DNA of 63,848 nucleotides, filler included, from Lama guanicoe (GCA_013239625.1; 194 parts of 194 records of this genome joined end to end with filler, not necessarily neighbours in it), one strand, 5' to 3'; shown: positions 49,761 through 62,450, numbered from the whole stretch's first letter. Made by a program: numbers and translations. Notes: generated from the sequence alone by a model not told the origin.

Positions 49761-49990
49761 TGATTGTCAAATACATGAATGGAGGGATGGTATAATGACG
49801 GATTCTGCACGAGAATGATGGGTATTCACTGGGGAAAGATTCCTGGAAGAGGCAGACCCTGAAATAAGAATTAAGAAAGTGGAGTTATTATGACTAAAAT
49901 AATATGATTAGCTGGTTTTGTCATTCACAAGATATTGATGGTGGTGAGTCATGTGCCATAGCCTTCCTGTTTTCAGTTAAAGTTCCCAGA
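49761..49990. repeat. Near-duplicate contig of 49101-49330 (bubble arm)
   Basis: Same endpoints, 4 substitutions. Confidence 0.97.
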
Positions 49991-50090
49991 NNNNNNNNNN
50001 NNNNNNNNNNNNNNNNNNNNNNNNNNNNNNNNNNTTAATTAATTAANNNNNNNNNNNNNNNNNNNNNNNNNNNNNNNNNNNNNNNNNNNN

Positions 50091-50210
50091 TTGTCCATAA
50101 AATGAAGATAATAACAGTATTTATGTCATAGCACTGCTTGAGAATCACGTGAGTTAATATATGAAAATTGCTTAGAATGGCACTGGCCACATAGCACCGT
50201 GCAAAACTAG
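50091..50210 (+). mobile_element. MIR SINE 3' half
   Basis: taaaatgaagataataacagta...tcatag...tgagaat...gagttaatat...gcttagaa. Confidence 0.7.
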
Positions 50211-50420
50211 CCATGACAACGGTGATGAAGGTGAAGATGAGGATGTCCACCCCTCCCACACTGAAGGACCATCCCAGTGCCCAGGCAAAGAGGCACCCTC
50301 CTCCAGAGTGAGGCGTCCTCNNNNNNNNNNNNNNNNNNNNNNNNNNNNNNNNNNNNNNNNNNNNTTAATTAATTAANNNNNNNNNNNNNNNNNNNNNNNN
50401 NNNNNNNNNNNNNNNNNNNN

Positions 50421-50650
50421 TATTAGAAAATCATTAGGCAGTTTCTGGGCTAAACATAAACGACCATAAGGACCAGTCACCGCATCCCTAGATATTTACT
50501 GAAGAGGAATGGGAATAGTTGCTCACACAAAAAACCTGTACATGTATGTTTGTAACAGCTTCATTCACAATAAACCAAAACCCGATGCAATCCAAATGTC
50601 CGTCAACAAGAGGATGGGTAACCGCGACGAAGCCTATCTATGCAATGGGA
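50421..50650 (+). mobile_element. Old LINE-1 (L1MC/ME-like) ORF2 3' fragment
   Basis: cacacaaaaaacctgtac...cagcttcattcacaata...tccaaatgtccgtcaac. Confidence 0.7.
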
Positions 50651-52070
50651 NNNNNNNNNNNNNNNNNNNNNNNNNNNNNNNNNNNNNNNNNNNNTTAATT
50701 AATTAANNNNNNNNNNNNNNNNNNNNNNNNNNNNNNNNNNNNNNNNNNNNTGAGCCTCCCCACCATCAGAGCGACCAAGAGCCTCACTCAGTAACCGCTT
50801 CCCGACATGGGCCCCCGACACCCCACTACGCCCCAACATTTCCTTCATCCTCAAACTGAAAGTCACGACTGTGCTGACATTGGGTATACAGTCCTGACTC
50901 CTGACCTCTCCGGACAGGACCAGGGGGAGTTTTCACTTGTGATGAGCCAGTGGCTGAGCACTCAGGGACTCCCTGACCCANNNNNNNNNNNNNNNNNNNN
51001 NNNNNNNNNNNNNNNNNNNNNNNNTTAATTAATTAANNNNNNNNNNNNNNNNNNNNNNNNNNNNNNNNNNNNNNNNNNNNTTTTAATATCTAAAGTGTAA
51101 GTTTACAGAAAATGAGCCATAATCACTATTTCAGTTTAATCCTATGTAAAGGAGGCCTGGCTTCATGGTATCATACATTGTATCTTATTGTAGATAAAGT
51201 AATTATTTGCAATTCTCTGTTTTGTCGATGTAATTCCAATCTCTTATAGTTTCATACCTGCAAATGTAAATTTTACTTACATTAACATCAAATGTGCTAG
51301 CATTTTTTTTNNNNNNNNNNNNNNNNNNNNNNNNNNNNNNNNNNNNNNNNNNNNTTAATTAATTAANNNNNNNNNNNNNNNNNNNNNNNNNNNNNNNNNN
51401 NNNNNNNNNNACAGCAGAGCAGAGGTGCTGGCACCAGGAGGCCGGGCGGGCACTGGGGTGCAGACTTCAGTCTCCCTTCTCCACCCAGTGGCCTAGCTCT
51501 GCGTGGGGCGATGGCCAGCCAGGGGCTTTAGGAAGGGTGGGAAAACTGAAGTTAGAGGCAGAAGGAAATTCCCAGGATTCACGTGGGGGCAAGTCCAGGG
51601 TGGGTGGTGCTGGCTTCCTGAGGCCAGGACAGCTCTGCTGNNNNNNNNNNNNNNNNNNNNNNNNNNNNNNNNNNNNNNNNNNNNTTAATTAATTAANNNN
51701 NNNNNNNNNNNNNNNNNNNNNNNNNNNNNNNNNNNNNNNNGCTCTGATACATAGATGAAATAAATGACTTTCTCCTTCCAGAAGCTACAGTGCTGTTGGA
51801 TTGACAAGACTATTACTAATAAAATAATTAATGAGCTATGTAAGTCAATATGTTAATTAAGCCCTGAGTGGTTAAATAATGACCTCATGTGAAATCGCGC
51901 ACAATGTCCCTTTTACTTTAAGGAGTTTAGAAATAGAGTCTGCTCAATAGATTAATCAAGAGCATTTCATNNNNNNNNNNNNNNNNNNNNNNNNNNNNNN
52001 NNNNNNNNNNNNNNTTAATTAATTAANNNNNNNNNNNNNNNNNNNNNNNNNNNNNNNNNNNNNNNNNNNN

Positions 52071-52300
52071 TAATACAGAATAATATTCCATTGTATATAA
52101 ATGCCATTTCTTCTTTATCCATTCATTCATTTTTGGACACTCAGGTCATTTCCATATCTTGGCTATTGTGAATAATGTTGTAATAAACATGTGAATGCAG
52201 CTATCTTTTCAATACCCTGTTTTCACTTCTTTCAGATGCACACCAAGAAGGAGGACTGCTGGAGCATATGGTAGCTCTATTTTTAACTTTTGGGTAACCT
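52071..52300 (-). mobile_element. LINE-1 3' fragment
   Basis: gaataatattccattgtata...ttctttatccattcat...ttccatatcttggctattgtgaataatg. Confidence 0.9.
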
Positions 52301-53060
52301 NNNNNNNNNNNNNNNNNNNNNNNNNNNNNNNNNNNNNNNNNNNNTTAATTAATTAANNNNNNNNNNNNNNNNNNNNNNNNNNNNNNNNNNNNNNNNNNNN
52401 GACTCTGTTCTTCCCAGGCTCCCACCTCAACCCCCCGTGCTGTAGCTGCACTCCCTCTGGCTTTTGCCACGGCCACTGCCACCTGCCCTCTCTTGGAGTA
52501 TCTCTTTCCCAGGATGCCACAGTGGCAGTCCACCCGGGAGGGACAGCAGGAACTGTCCAGGGTGAGTCAGCCGGATTCACAGCGGAGATGTAGGTCGCCC
52601 AGCTCCCTCCTCCCTGCTCTGCGGCGGCTGNNNNNNNNNNNNNNNNNNNNNNNNNNNNNNNNNNNNNNNNNNNNTTAATTAATTAANNNNNNNNNNNNNN
52701 NNNNNNNNNNNNNNNNNNNNNNNNNNNNNNGCCAGGCTACGTTTTCCCCCGACTTGTCTCATTTAGGCCCAAAGCTTTGACTGTCATGTCAACACAGATG
52801 ACTCCTAAATCTGGCTTTCTAACCCCAATTTCTTTCCTAATTACAAAGTCTTTCCTGAGACTGTTGAAAAAATCTGTGGATATGCATCCAGGCTTTTTAA
52901 ACTCAAAGCATATACGTCCAGTTCATCTCCAGTTTATTTTCCCATCTAACCCTGCCTCTCNNNNNNNNNNNNNNNNNNNNNNNNNNNNNNNNNNNNNNNN
53001 NNNNTTAATTAATTAANNNNNNNNNNNNNNNNNNNNNNNNNNNNNNNNNNNNNNNNNNNN

Positions 53061-53205
53061 ACCCACTGTAATATATCAGAGCCGCCCTAATGACCTCATT
53101 GTAATTTGATTTTCCCCGCAAGACTCCATCTCCAAACCAGGTCATAGTCTGAGGTTCTGGGGGTTAGGGCTTCCTCTCTTTTGGGGGCACGCTTCGCCCC
53201 ACTCC
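53061..53205. mobile_element. MaLR (MLT1-type) LTR end
   Basis: ccctaatgacctcatt...aagactccatctccaaa...tctgaggttctgggggttagggcttc. Confidence 0.75.
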
Positions 53206-53485
53206 ACTGTCCTGGGCATAAGGACAGGGCCCCTGGGCTTCTCTGCGTTACCCCACATGTATGGACTCCTCACAGATGGCAGCTTTTCACNNNNNNNNNN
53301 NNNNNNNNNNNNNNNNNNNNNNNNNNNNNNNNNNTTAATTAATTAANNNNNNNNNNNNNNNNNNNNNNNNNNNNNNNNNNNNNNNNNNNNGAAAATTTCC
53401 ATTTTCCTTTGTGCAGGGCCATCACATCTCTCTTCTGGCGGAGGAAAGGGGAGGCTTTTCTGCTAATTAAAAACTGTTATGAGGT

Positions 53486-53620
53486 GGGGAAGGTATACAG
53501 CCCAGCAGTAGAGCTGCATGCTTAGCATGCACGAGGTGTCGGGTTCAATCTCCAGCACTCCATTAAATAAATAAGTAAATCTAAGTAACTCCCCCTCCAA
53601 AAGAAAAGAGCAAAAGAAAA
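53486..53620 (+). mobile_element. Vic-1-like tRNA-derived SINE, full length
   Basis: ggggaaggtatacagcccagcagtagagctgcatgcttagcatgcacgaggtgtcgGGTTCAATCtccagcactccattaaataaataa...; B-box and A-rich tail present. Confidence 0.85.
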
Positions 53621-54486
53621 NNNNNNNNNNNNNNNNNNNNNNNNNNNNNNNNNNNNNNNNNNNNTTAATTAATTAANNNNNNNNNNNNNNNNNNNNNNNN
53701 NNNNNNNNNNNNNNNNNNNNTCAGTAAATGAAATTTCTGCTGGTTTTGGCTAAAGGATGGAGGGGTGTGTTCAGTGTAACCCAGTATTTGTGTTGGATTT
53801 TCTGAGTTCTGTTTAATACTTTGTCCTCCTTTGTCTTCTTGAGGTTGTTTGCTGCTGCAGTGATTAAAGGTGGAATGTACCTCACATAGAGTTTGTATCT
53901 GACAGCTTTTCTCTGGAGGCTTGTTCATCTCCAGTCAGTTTCTCATTATTNNNNNNNNNNNNNNNNNNNNNNNNNNNNNNNNNNNNNNNNNNNNTTAATT
54001 AATTAANNNNNNNNNNNNNNNNNNNNNNNNNNNNNNNNNNNNNNNNNNNNTTACTGAGCACACCCAGGGCTGAGCCCAGAGAAAGGCAGAGAGGGGCAGA
54101 GAGTTCCCTCCAACTGGGGAGGGCCCCTGGCCGGGCGGGCGTGCAGGCAGAGGAGACCTGTTACCATTCACAGTGACCACTGGGAATGAGCATCAGTCAG
54201 GAGCCAGCCCTCCAGCCAGGCTCTAGCGGACGGGAGAGGCACAGCCCTCACGCTCAGAGAGCCCCCATCTAGTGGGGGAGNNNNNNNNNNNNNNNNNNNN
54301 NNNNNNNNNNNNNNNNNNNNNNNNTTAATTAATTAANNNNNNNNNNNNNNNNNNNNNNNNNNNNNNNNNNNNNNNNNNNNGAAGCTAAGAGTTATTTGCG
54401 GTTGATCAAGCTGGCTGCGAGCTGGGATACGGACTCCACCTCTCCCAGCCTCAGCGCCACCTCTGTGTGCCTAACCTGTGTGCAAC

Positions 54487-54503
54487 ACTGCCCCCTAGTG
54501 GAG
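54487..54503 (-). promoter_or_regulatory. Candidate CTCF-binding site
   Basis: Reverse complement CTCCACTAGGGGGCAGT matches the CTCF core consensus CCAC/GYAGRGGGC. Confidence 0.55.
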
Positions 54504-55040
54504 CCAGGGAAACACAGGGAACGAGTAAGAGGCTGTGAGGGGTGAGGGACAAAGGAGGGGCCCCAGGTTCTCTTGGGCCAGACACCTGGACCTCAGCACC
54601 CAGCTCTGGANNNNNNNNNNNNNNNNNNNNNNNNNNNNNNNNNNNNNNNNNNNNTTAATTAATTAANNNNNNNNNNNNNNNNNNNNNNNNNNNNNNNNNN
54701 NNNNNNNNNNTTCCTGGTAATTTCTCCGACCTCCCCTTTGCTTTCCACATGGCTAACTCGTATTAGAACTACAGGACTCAGCCCAGTGTAATTTACTCCA
54801 GGAAATTTATCATTCCTTATGTTTAGGCTTATTTTCACATGTCTCTTTATCTTCTTTTTACTTGTCTTTCTCCTCTGAGCATCTGGAAATAATTTATTCA
54901 ATCTTCCTGATTTTTCACACCTATAATGTTTATCTCATACNNNNNNNNNNNNNNNNNNNNNNNNNNNNNNNNNNNNNNNNNNNNTTAATTAATTAANNNN
55001 NNNNNNNNNNNNNNNNNNNNNNNNNNNNNNNNNNNNNNNN

Positions 55041-55270
55041 GGGGCGGGCGGGGGGCGGTGGCGGAGGCCAGGGGCTGCTCGGGAGGCGGGGCGCCGGGGG
55101 ATCGCGCGGGGTCCGCGTCGCGCTCGCCGTCGCCGTGCTGGGTCGCGGGTCCCGCCGGCCGCTGCTGCGCTCCGGAGCAGCGGCTGGAGCGAGCTCAGCC
55201 CGGCCCGCCCCCTCCGCGTCCCTCCCAGCCCGGCCCGCCCCTCCCCGGCCCCTCCGGCCGCCCTCCCTCT
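55041..55270. promoter_or_regulatory. CpG-island / GC-box promoter-like fragment
   Basis: Multiple GGGCGG/GGCGGG boxes at 55041-55091 and very dense CpG. Confidence 0.7.
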
Positions 55271-57680
55271 NNNNNNNNNNNNNNNNNNNNNNNNNNNNNN
55301 NNNNNNNNNNNNNNTTAATTAATTAANNNNNNNNNNNNNNNNNNNNNNNNNNNNNNNNNNNNNNNNNNNNAGTGGCTAAAAAGAATATGGTGGCCTGCCC
55401 GAGGGGGTGTGTGGAAGACAGAAAGGGCAGGTCCCACCTCCCCTGCCTGAATAGCAGTGTTATAAGCTACAGTCTCCCCGCTATCTGAAAGTAGAGTGTT
55501 TCTATGGAAGTTGTCGGTGTAAAGCAGAGAGGCAGTTACCTTAGGACACATCTTGCTGGTGGATGCATAAAATAAATATGCATAAAGCACAGGTGCTCAC
55601 NNNNNNNNNNNNNNNNNNNNNNNNNNNNNNNNNNNNNNNNNNNNTTAATTAATTAANNNNNNNNNNNNNNNNNNNNNNNNNNNNNNNNNNNNNNNNNNNN
55701 TGTTGGAAACCCACCAAAGGAATCAGCAAGTTAAAACAAAATAGCTTTAGCAGCAGCAACGAGCCTGGAAGCCATGCTTTATAATGTGAAGCATCTCAAC
55801 TTCCCATAGGAAGTTTGCATTTTTCTTATTAAATTAAATTATTAATAAACTGAAGCGTGACTGTCCATGCTGCGTGCTCATGCCTGTTAGAGAATTTGCA
55901 TTTGGTGAGCTGTTGGTTGCACAAAGAGTTNNNNNNNNNNNNNNNNNNNNNNNNNNNNNNNNNNNNNNNNNNNNTTAATTAATTAANNNNNNNNNNNNNN
56001 NNNNNNNNNNNNNNNNNNNNNNNNNNNNNNACTAGCATTTTTCAAATTTAGCAGTTTGACAAGGCTAATGACAGTTGTAATTCAGGTTTAGTTTAAAATG
56101 CAATAATTATCTTTGGCTAATAAACAAGATATCACTCAAACAGGATGTACCTGTTAGCATTAACTAGGACTTACTGACCCTGTATAGGTTCCTAATATTG
56201 CCTCCTGCTGGCCCAGTAGGTGCACAGAATTCCATTCAGTTGCTGTCTGGGCTCCCTTCTNNNNNNNNNNNNNNNNNNNNNNNNNNNNNNNNNNNNNNNN
56301 NNNNTTAATTAATTAANNNNNNNNNNNNNNNNNNNNNNNNNNNNNNNNNNNNNNNNNNNNGGAACAGAGGATATTTTGTTCACAGGATAACTAACACTCT
56401 AATGCCATTCTTAAAATGAGATTTTTTTTTTTTGGTCTTACTCTTTCTTAAAAGTTTGCTACACAGACTTTGAAATTAAACCTAACAATCAACATGGCCA
56501 TCAACATGTCACTCAAAGTCGTCAGCAGCAAGTCAGTCTTTACCGTTTACTCATACCATTTGTAAACAAACTGTACATTACGGTAAGGTANNNNNNNNNN
56601 NNNNNNNNNNNNNNNNNNNNNNNNNNNNNNNNNNTTAATTAATTAANNNNNNNNNNNNNNNNNNNNNNNNNNNNNNNNNNNNNNNNNNNNATTAACTTGT
56701 AAATGCATGATTGCTATACAGCATTTTTTATTGTTAGGCTTTTGTGTTTTTTTTAATGTGTTTTTTAATTGTTTAACAAGCAATCTTTACTCTATCTATG
56801 AACCATATTCTAAAAGCATTCAAGGGACCCCTTTTACAATGTACCTTACATGTAAGGGAAAAGGAGTAACGGAATTCCCACAGCCATACCTCAGCAGTAC
56901 ACAAAGGTAGAGGGTAAGCTNNNNNNNNNNNNNNNNNNNNNNNNNNNNNNNNNNNNNNNNNNNNTTAATTAATTAANNNNNNNNNNNNNNNNNNNNNNNN
57001 NNNNNNNNNNNNNNNNNNNNTTTTTTGTTTTTTTAAATAAACTTGTTCTTAAGATTGGAGATACTCTGAGGAGTTCTAAGCAAGGGAATGTGGCATGGTT
57101 AGAGTTGTATTTAAAAAGACCATCAGGGCATTGTGATTCAGGCGCTGAATGGATCGGTGTTGCTGACAACTGGCCAGAAACCAGCAAAGAGAATCTGATC
57201 CCGCTCTGATGTGAAGCCTTTTTCCCTCTGAACTTTGGAAGTATTTGACTNNNNNNNNNNNNNNNNNNNNNNNNNNNNNNNNNNNNNNNNNNNNTTAATT
57301 AATTAANNNNNNNNNNNNNNNNNNNNNNNNNNNNNNNNNNNNNNNNNNNNTGAACAATACATTTCAGAGTTTCATTTAACGTAGATTAACAATAAAAAAA
57401 CAAAATAGGATTAAAATAGTTACAAATAGTGTTGCATTAATATAATACGATGGTAATACATAATATATATGGTTAAAGACAAAATATATCAGTTGCTAAT
57501 ATGATAAATGGTAGAGGATTTATAAAACAAAATTGCTTTATCAAGTATGAATATACTGTGGAAGTACAAACTTATCAGAANNNNNNNNNNNNNNNNNNNN
57601 NNNNNNNNNNNNNNNNNNNNNNNNTTAATTAATTAANNNNNNNNNNNNNNNNNNNNNNNNNNNNNNNNNNNNNNNNNNNN

Positions 57681-57910
57681 AATATTCGGAGTTCAGCATT
57701 CTGTATGATACATTATATATTATGTATTATGTATCCAATATACTAAATTCTGTGTTCTGAATTCCATTTCCTAAATTCTGTGTTCTCTATTCTGAAGTCT
57801 ATATTCATATTCTGAGTTCTACATTTTCTATTCTAAATTCTATATTCCACATTTTATATTCTATATTCTGTGTTATTCATTCTATATTCCACATTCTATT
57901 TCTGTATTCT
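57681..57910. repeat. Degenerate ~7-bp-period tandem repeat (ATTCTAT/ATTCTGT)n
   Basis: attctgtgttctctattctgaagtctatattcatattctgagttctacattttctattctaaattctatattcc... Confidence 0.8.
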
Positions 57911-58010
57911 NNNNNNNNNNNNNNNNNNNNNNNNNNNNNNNNNNNNNNNNNNNNTTAATTAATTAANNNNNNNNNNNNNNNNNNNNNNNNNNNNNNNNNN
58001 NNNNNNNNNN

Positions 58011-58240
58011 GTAACCTGCTACCTTGCTGAATTCTTCGATCAGCTCCAGTAGTTTTTGTCTGCACCTTTTAGGGTTTTCTACATATAGTAACATGTCGTC
58101 AACATATAGTGGCACTTCTACCTCTTCTTTTCCAAATTGGATCGCTTTTATTTCTCCTACCTGATTGCTGTGGTTAGGGCTTCCAAGAGTGTCTTGAATA
58201 GGAGTGGTGATAGTGGGCATCCTTGTCTTGTCCCAGATTT
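58011..58240 (-). mobile_element. LINE-1 ORF2 reverse-transcriptase core, disrupted
   Basis: Antisense reads KSGTRQGCPLSPLLF, then a stop/frameshift, then KEEVEVPLYVDDMLLYVENPK...LLELIEEFSKVAGY. Confidence 0.95.
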
Positions 58241-58670
58241 NNNNNNNNNNNNNNNNNNNNNNNNNNNNNNNNNNNNNNNNNNNNTTAATTAATTAANNNN
58301 NNNNNNNNNNNNNNNNNNNNNNNNNNNNNNNNNNNNNNNNAAAATGTGTATCATTTTCACAGGAAGTAAACTGGAAGGAAATAAACCTTCGGGTAACTGA
58401 ACAAACCTCAGGGTAACTGAACACCTCCAGAACTAAAAATCCTACCTGTCCTAAATATTGAATTACCACCCATGAGAAATACTAAGGAATTTTTTTTAAG
58501 GAGATAGCATGAGATAAAGGTATTTGTTTTGCTACTGGCATTGAAAAGATACTGCTCCTACAGATTTTAGNNNNNNNNNNNNNNNNNNNNNNNNNNNNNN
58601 NNNNNNNNNNNNNNTTAATTAATTAANNNNNNNNNNNNNNNNNNNNNNNNNNNNNNNNNNNNNNNNNNNN

Positions 58671-58899
58671 ATGTAGAAGCAAGAATATAGAAAATGGAAT
58701 GCAGAACACAGAATTTACATTATAGTATACAGAATACTGAATATAGAATATGGAATATAGAAGGAAAAACACACAATATATAATGGAGAATACGGAATGC
58801 AGATTATACAATACAGAATATAGAATTTAGAACACAGAATATAAAACAAGGAAAAGAGAATATAGAACCCAGAATTTAGAACATGGGATGCATAACACA
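58671..58899. repeat. Degenerate ~7-bp-period repeat (ATAGAAT)n, reverse complement of the 57681 family
   Basis: gaatatagaatatggaatatagaa...cagaatatagaatttagaacacagaatata. Confidence 0.8.
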
Positions 58900-58999
58900 N
58901 NNNNNNNNNNNNNNNNNNNNNNNNNNNNNNNNNNNNNNNNNNNTTAATTAATTAANNNNNNNNNNNNNNNNNNNNNNNNNNNNNNNNNNNNNNNNNNNN

Positions 59000-59228
59000 A
59001 TTTCTCTGATAATTAGTGATATTGAGCATTTTTTCATGTGCCTGTTGAATAACCTAGAAGAAAAGGACAAGTTTCTGGAAACATTGAGTCCACCAAGACT
59101 GAATCAAGAAGAAACAGACCACTTGAACAGACGAATCACTAGAAATGAAACAAAGTTAGCAATAAAAAAAAAAAAAAAACTCCCTGCAAACAAAAGTCCA
59201 AGACCAGATGGCTTCACTGGGGAATTCT
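59000..59228. mobile_element. LINE-1 inversion junction (antisense late ORF2 joined to sense early ORF2)
   Basis: 59000-59047 is antisense of caacaggcacatgaaaaaatgctcaatatcactaattatcagagaaat; 59048-59228 is sense NNLEEKDKFLET...PRLNQEE...NKSPRPDGFTGEF. Confidence 0.85.
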
Positions 59229-61968
59229 NNNNNNNNNNNNNNNNNNNNNNNNNNNNNNNNNNNNNNNNNNNNTTAATTAATTAANNNNNNNNNNNNNNNN
59301 NNNNNNNNNNNNNNNNNNNNNNNNNNNNGCACTTTGAAAAAAATTGAACTTCTATTCTGAGATAATTGTAGATTCACGTGCAGTTTTAAGAAATAATGTA
59401 GTGGGCTGCCAAGTGCCCGCCGCCCAGCGTCCCCAGTGGTAACGCCTGGCGGATCTCTGGCGGGAGAGCACAACCCGGGTCCCCGCGCAGACACAGCCCA
59501 GATGCAGACCCTTTCGTCACCACGGCACCCCCTTCCCCACCCCGCCTTCTGCCTTAGCNNNNNNNNNNNNNNNNNNNNNNNNNNNNNNNNNNNNNNNNNN
59601 NNTTAATTAATTAANNNNNNNNNNNNNNNNNNNNNNNNNNNNNNNNNNNNNNNNNNNNGAAAGGCATTTGTACCTCTTAAGAGATTTTCAGAACCGAGCC
59701 ATACGCTGTTCTTTGAAACAGGTAATTGGTCATTAGCTGATGATCACACTTGTAGTTACTTCCTGGACAATGAAGGTCTTTAACATCATAGAAGGTCAAA
59801 TTGTCAAGCAGGTCCTATAGGAAGCTGGCTTGGGTCTAGCACAGATACCCAATTGGAACAGTTCTCTACACTATCTGAGTTTTTTTTTNNNNNNNNNNNN
59901 NNNNNNNNNNNNNNNNNNNNNNNNNNNNNNNNTTAATTAATTAANNNNNNNNNNNNNNNNNNNNNNNNNNNNNNNNNNNNNNNNNNNNAAGTGTGCTAAT
60001 CAGGACAGGCCTGGAGCGCCCCCTGCCCTGCCGCAGGGCGTCCCTGTGTCCCCTGTAGGTGCAGCAAATGGTGACCACAACTGGGTCGGGGTGGGATAGG
60101 CGGGCTTGCCATGGGGTCACACAGACGTGCCCAGATCCAGCCAGGCTGGCGTCCACGCACCCAGAAGCGGCGGAGACAGCGTCATCAAGCCTGCAGGGCA
60201 TTTGTCTCCAGCAGCGGCNNNNNNNNNNNNNNNNNNNNNNNNNNNNNNNNNNNNNNNNNNNNTTAATTAATTAANNNNNNNNNNNNNNNNNNNNNNNNNN
60301 NNNNNNNNNNNNNNNNNNGGTGGGGATGGTGTGTGCCATGCTCTGTGGTCTCCCCAAGAACTCTCACACCCAAGCAAGGGACCCTGCTCCCTCCACCCTT
60401 CACTGCGTACCCTGCCTTCTCCAGCACCACCGCCCCTGCCCCCGGAGTATACCATGACCTCTTCCCACGCCGGGCACTGTGCCTGTTACAGGTACTGAGC
60501 TCCTGGTGGTTCCAGCCCAAGGGTGGGGGCTGTATCTGACCAGTTGGGNNNNNNNNNNNNNNNNNNNNNNNNNNNNNNNNNNNNNNNNNNNNTTAATTAA
60601 TTAANNNNNNNNNNNNNNNNNNNNNNNNNNNNNNNNNNNNNNNNNNNNTGGGGAATACTCAAATGCAGAAAAGACCAGCTTTCTAACTCCCACAGCTTCT
60701 CAGCTTCCCAGTGGGCCCAATTCCTAAAGATATAATAAAGATATAATGTGACGCCACTGGCACAAACGATGAGGCATCTCCTCAGAACCTGACCCTGTCT
60801 GTCCATTTTCTTGGATATATATTGCCAATTGTTTTCAATGTAAGTCTTTTTTCTCCCAAAGTCACTTATGTGTCTAAANNNNNNNNNNNNNNNNNNNNNN
60901 NNNNNNNNNNNNNNNNNNNNNNTTAATTAATTAANNNNNNNNNNNNNNNNNNNNNNNNNNNNNNNNNNNNNNNNNNNNGCTTGACAAATAAGATGCCAAC
61001 TATTATTGAAGGAGAGAAAATGAAGATACTAGAAAGCATTGGCTCTAGAGTTAAACTGCCACCATTTAAATCAAGTTCACTCATGGACATGATGCAAAAT
61101 TAGATAAAGATGCTTATGGAAGTTGGTATTACCGTGCACTCATCTCCACTTCTCTCCTTGGGTGAGCAAAGAGGGTGATACTTCCCTTCCCAACTGAGAC
61201 TAGGTTTGNNNNNNNNNNNNNNNNNNNNNNNNNNNNNNNNNNNNNNNNNNNNTTAATTAATTAANNNNNNNNNNNNNNNNNNNNNNNNNNNNNNNNNNNN
61301 NNNNNNNNTCGGTGGGCTGCACCTGCCAGTCGCATCGCCCGGCCAGAGTCTGTCCCCGCCTCGCCAGCCCAGCGGCCCTTGGCTCACGTGTTCGTAGCGC
61401 TGAGCGTCTGCTGCTGATTTGCACGTGGTGGTCCTTTCACGGTGCGGGGGCTCACCTGAGGCTCGTCCACCCGCCACAGTGTCGGCTGCGGCCCCGGGCA
61501 ATCTACATAACCCTCCAAGCCTGGGGTTTTTCACTGCANNNNNNNNNNNNNNNNNNNNNNNNNNNNNNNNNNNNNNNNNNNNTTAATTAATTAANNNNNN
61601 NNNNNNNNNNNNNNNNNNNNNNNNNNNNNNNNNNNNNNATAAGCATAAAAAAAGTTCTGTGTCACCTGGTTGATGTAACAGTGGTGAGAAGACACTATCC
61701 CTGCCAGGGTCTGGACTGTCGTGTCTTTCCCCAGGTGACTCGTCTTATAAAGACAAAAACAGATGGTGCACACTGCCTGACTCCTTATACCTGATGGTGA
61801 GGCTGCAGAAATGAGACAGTATATGTGAAGTGTTTTGAGGTCTCCAGGCAAAAAGAAGTCTATACATGNNNNNNNNNNNNNNNNNNNNNNNNNNNNNNNN
61901 NNNNNNNNNNNNTTAATTAATTAANNNNNNNNNNNNNNNNNNNNNNNNNNNNNNNNNNNNNNNNNNNN

Positions 61969-62030
61969 CAGTGCCTCCATTAAAAATAAATAAATAAGTA
62001 AACCTAATCCCCACCCCCAGGAAAAAAGAC
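61969..62030 (+). mobile_element. Vic-1-like SINE 3' tail
   Basis: cagtgcctccattaaaaataaataaataagtaaacctaat. Confidence 0.7.
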
Positions 62031-62298
62031 AACAAAAAGATAGAAGGAAAACATCATGTTGTTCAAGAAAGGAGTAGACGAACAAGAGTGTAGCTATCAG
62101 GAAGGCTTCAAAAAGGATGCGATTTGGACGGGCAGAGAGAAGGAATGGCGCCGCAGGTCTGCACTGGGAATGCGTGAGGGATTACACAGATGGCCCTANN
62201 NNNNNNNNNNNNNNNNNNNNNNNNNNNNNNNNNNNNNNNNNNTTAATTAATTAANNNNNNNNNNNNNNNNNNNNNNNNNNNNNNNNNNNNNNNNNNNN

Positions 62299-62450
62299 TG
62301 CTTATTAGCTGTGTGATGTTGAGCATCATAATTTTAACATCTCTACCGCAGTCTCCTCATCTGCAAGATGAACATGTATTTTATAAAATCGTGAGGAACT
62401 AGTGAGACAGTGCATGTAATATTAGGACGTTCCACAGGCACACGATCAGG
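62299..62450 (+). mobile_element. MIR SINE
   Basis: cttattagctgtgtgatgttgagca...ttaacatctct...cagtctcctcatctgcaagatg. Confidence 0.75.

Noticed and set aside
53486..53560. tRNA gene
   Set aside because: The tRNA-like head runs into the SINE body and A-rich tail, is degenerate and is multi-copy, so it is a SINE.
57963..58220. Novel reverse transcriptase with a YVDD active site
   Set aside because: An ordinary decayed L1 ORF2 with a stop/frameshift upstream; YVDD is most simply a mutated L1 F/YADD motif.
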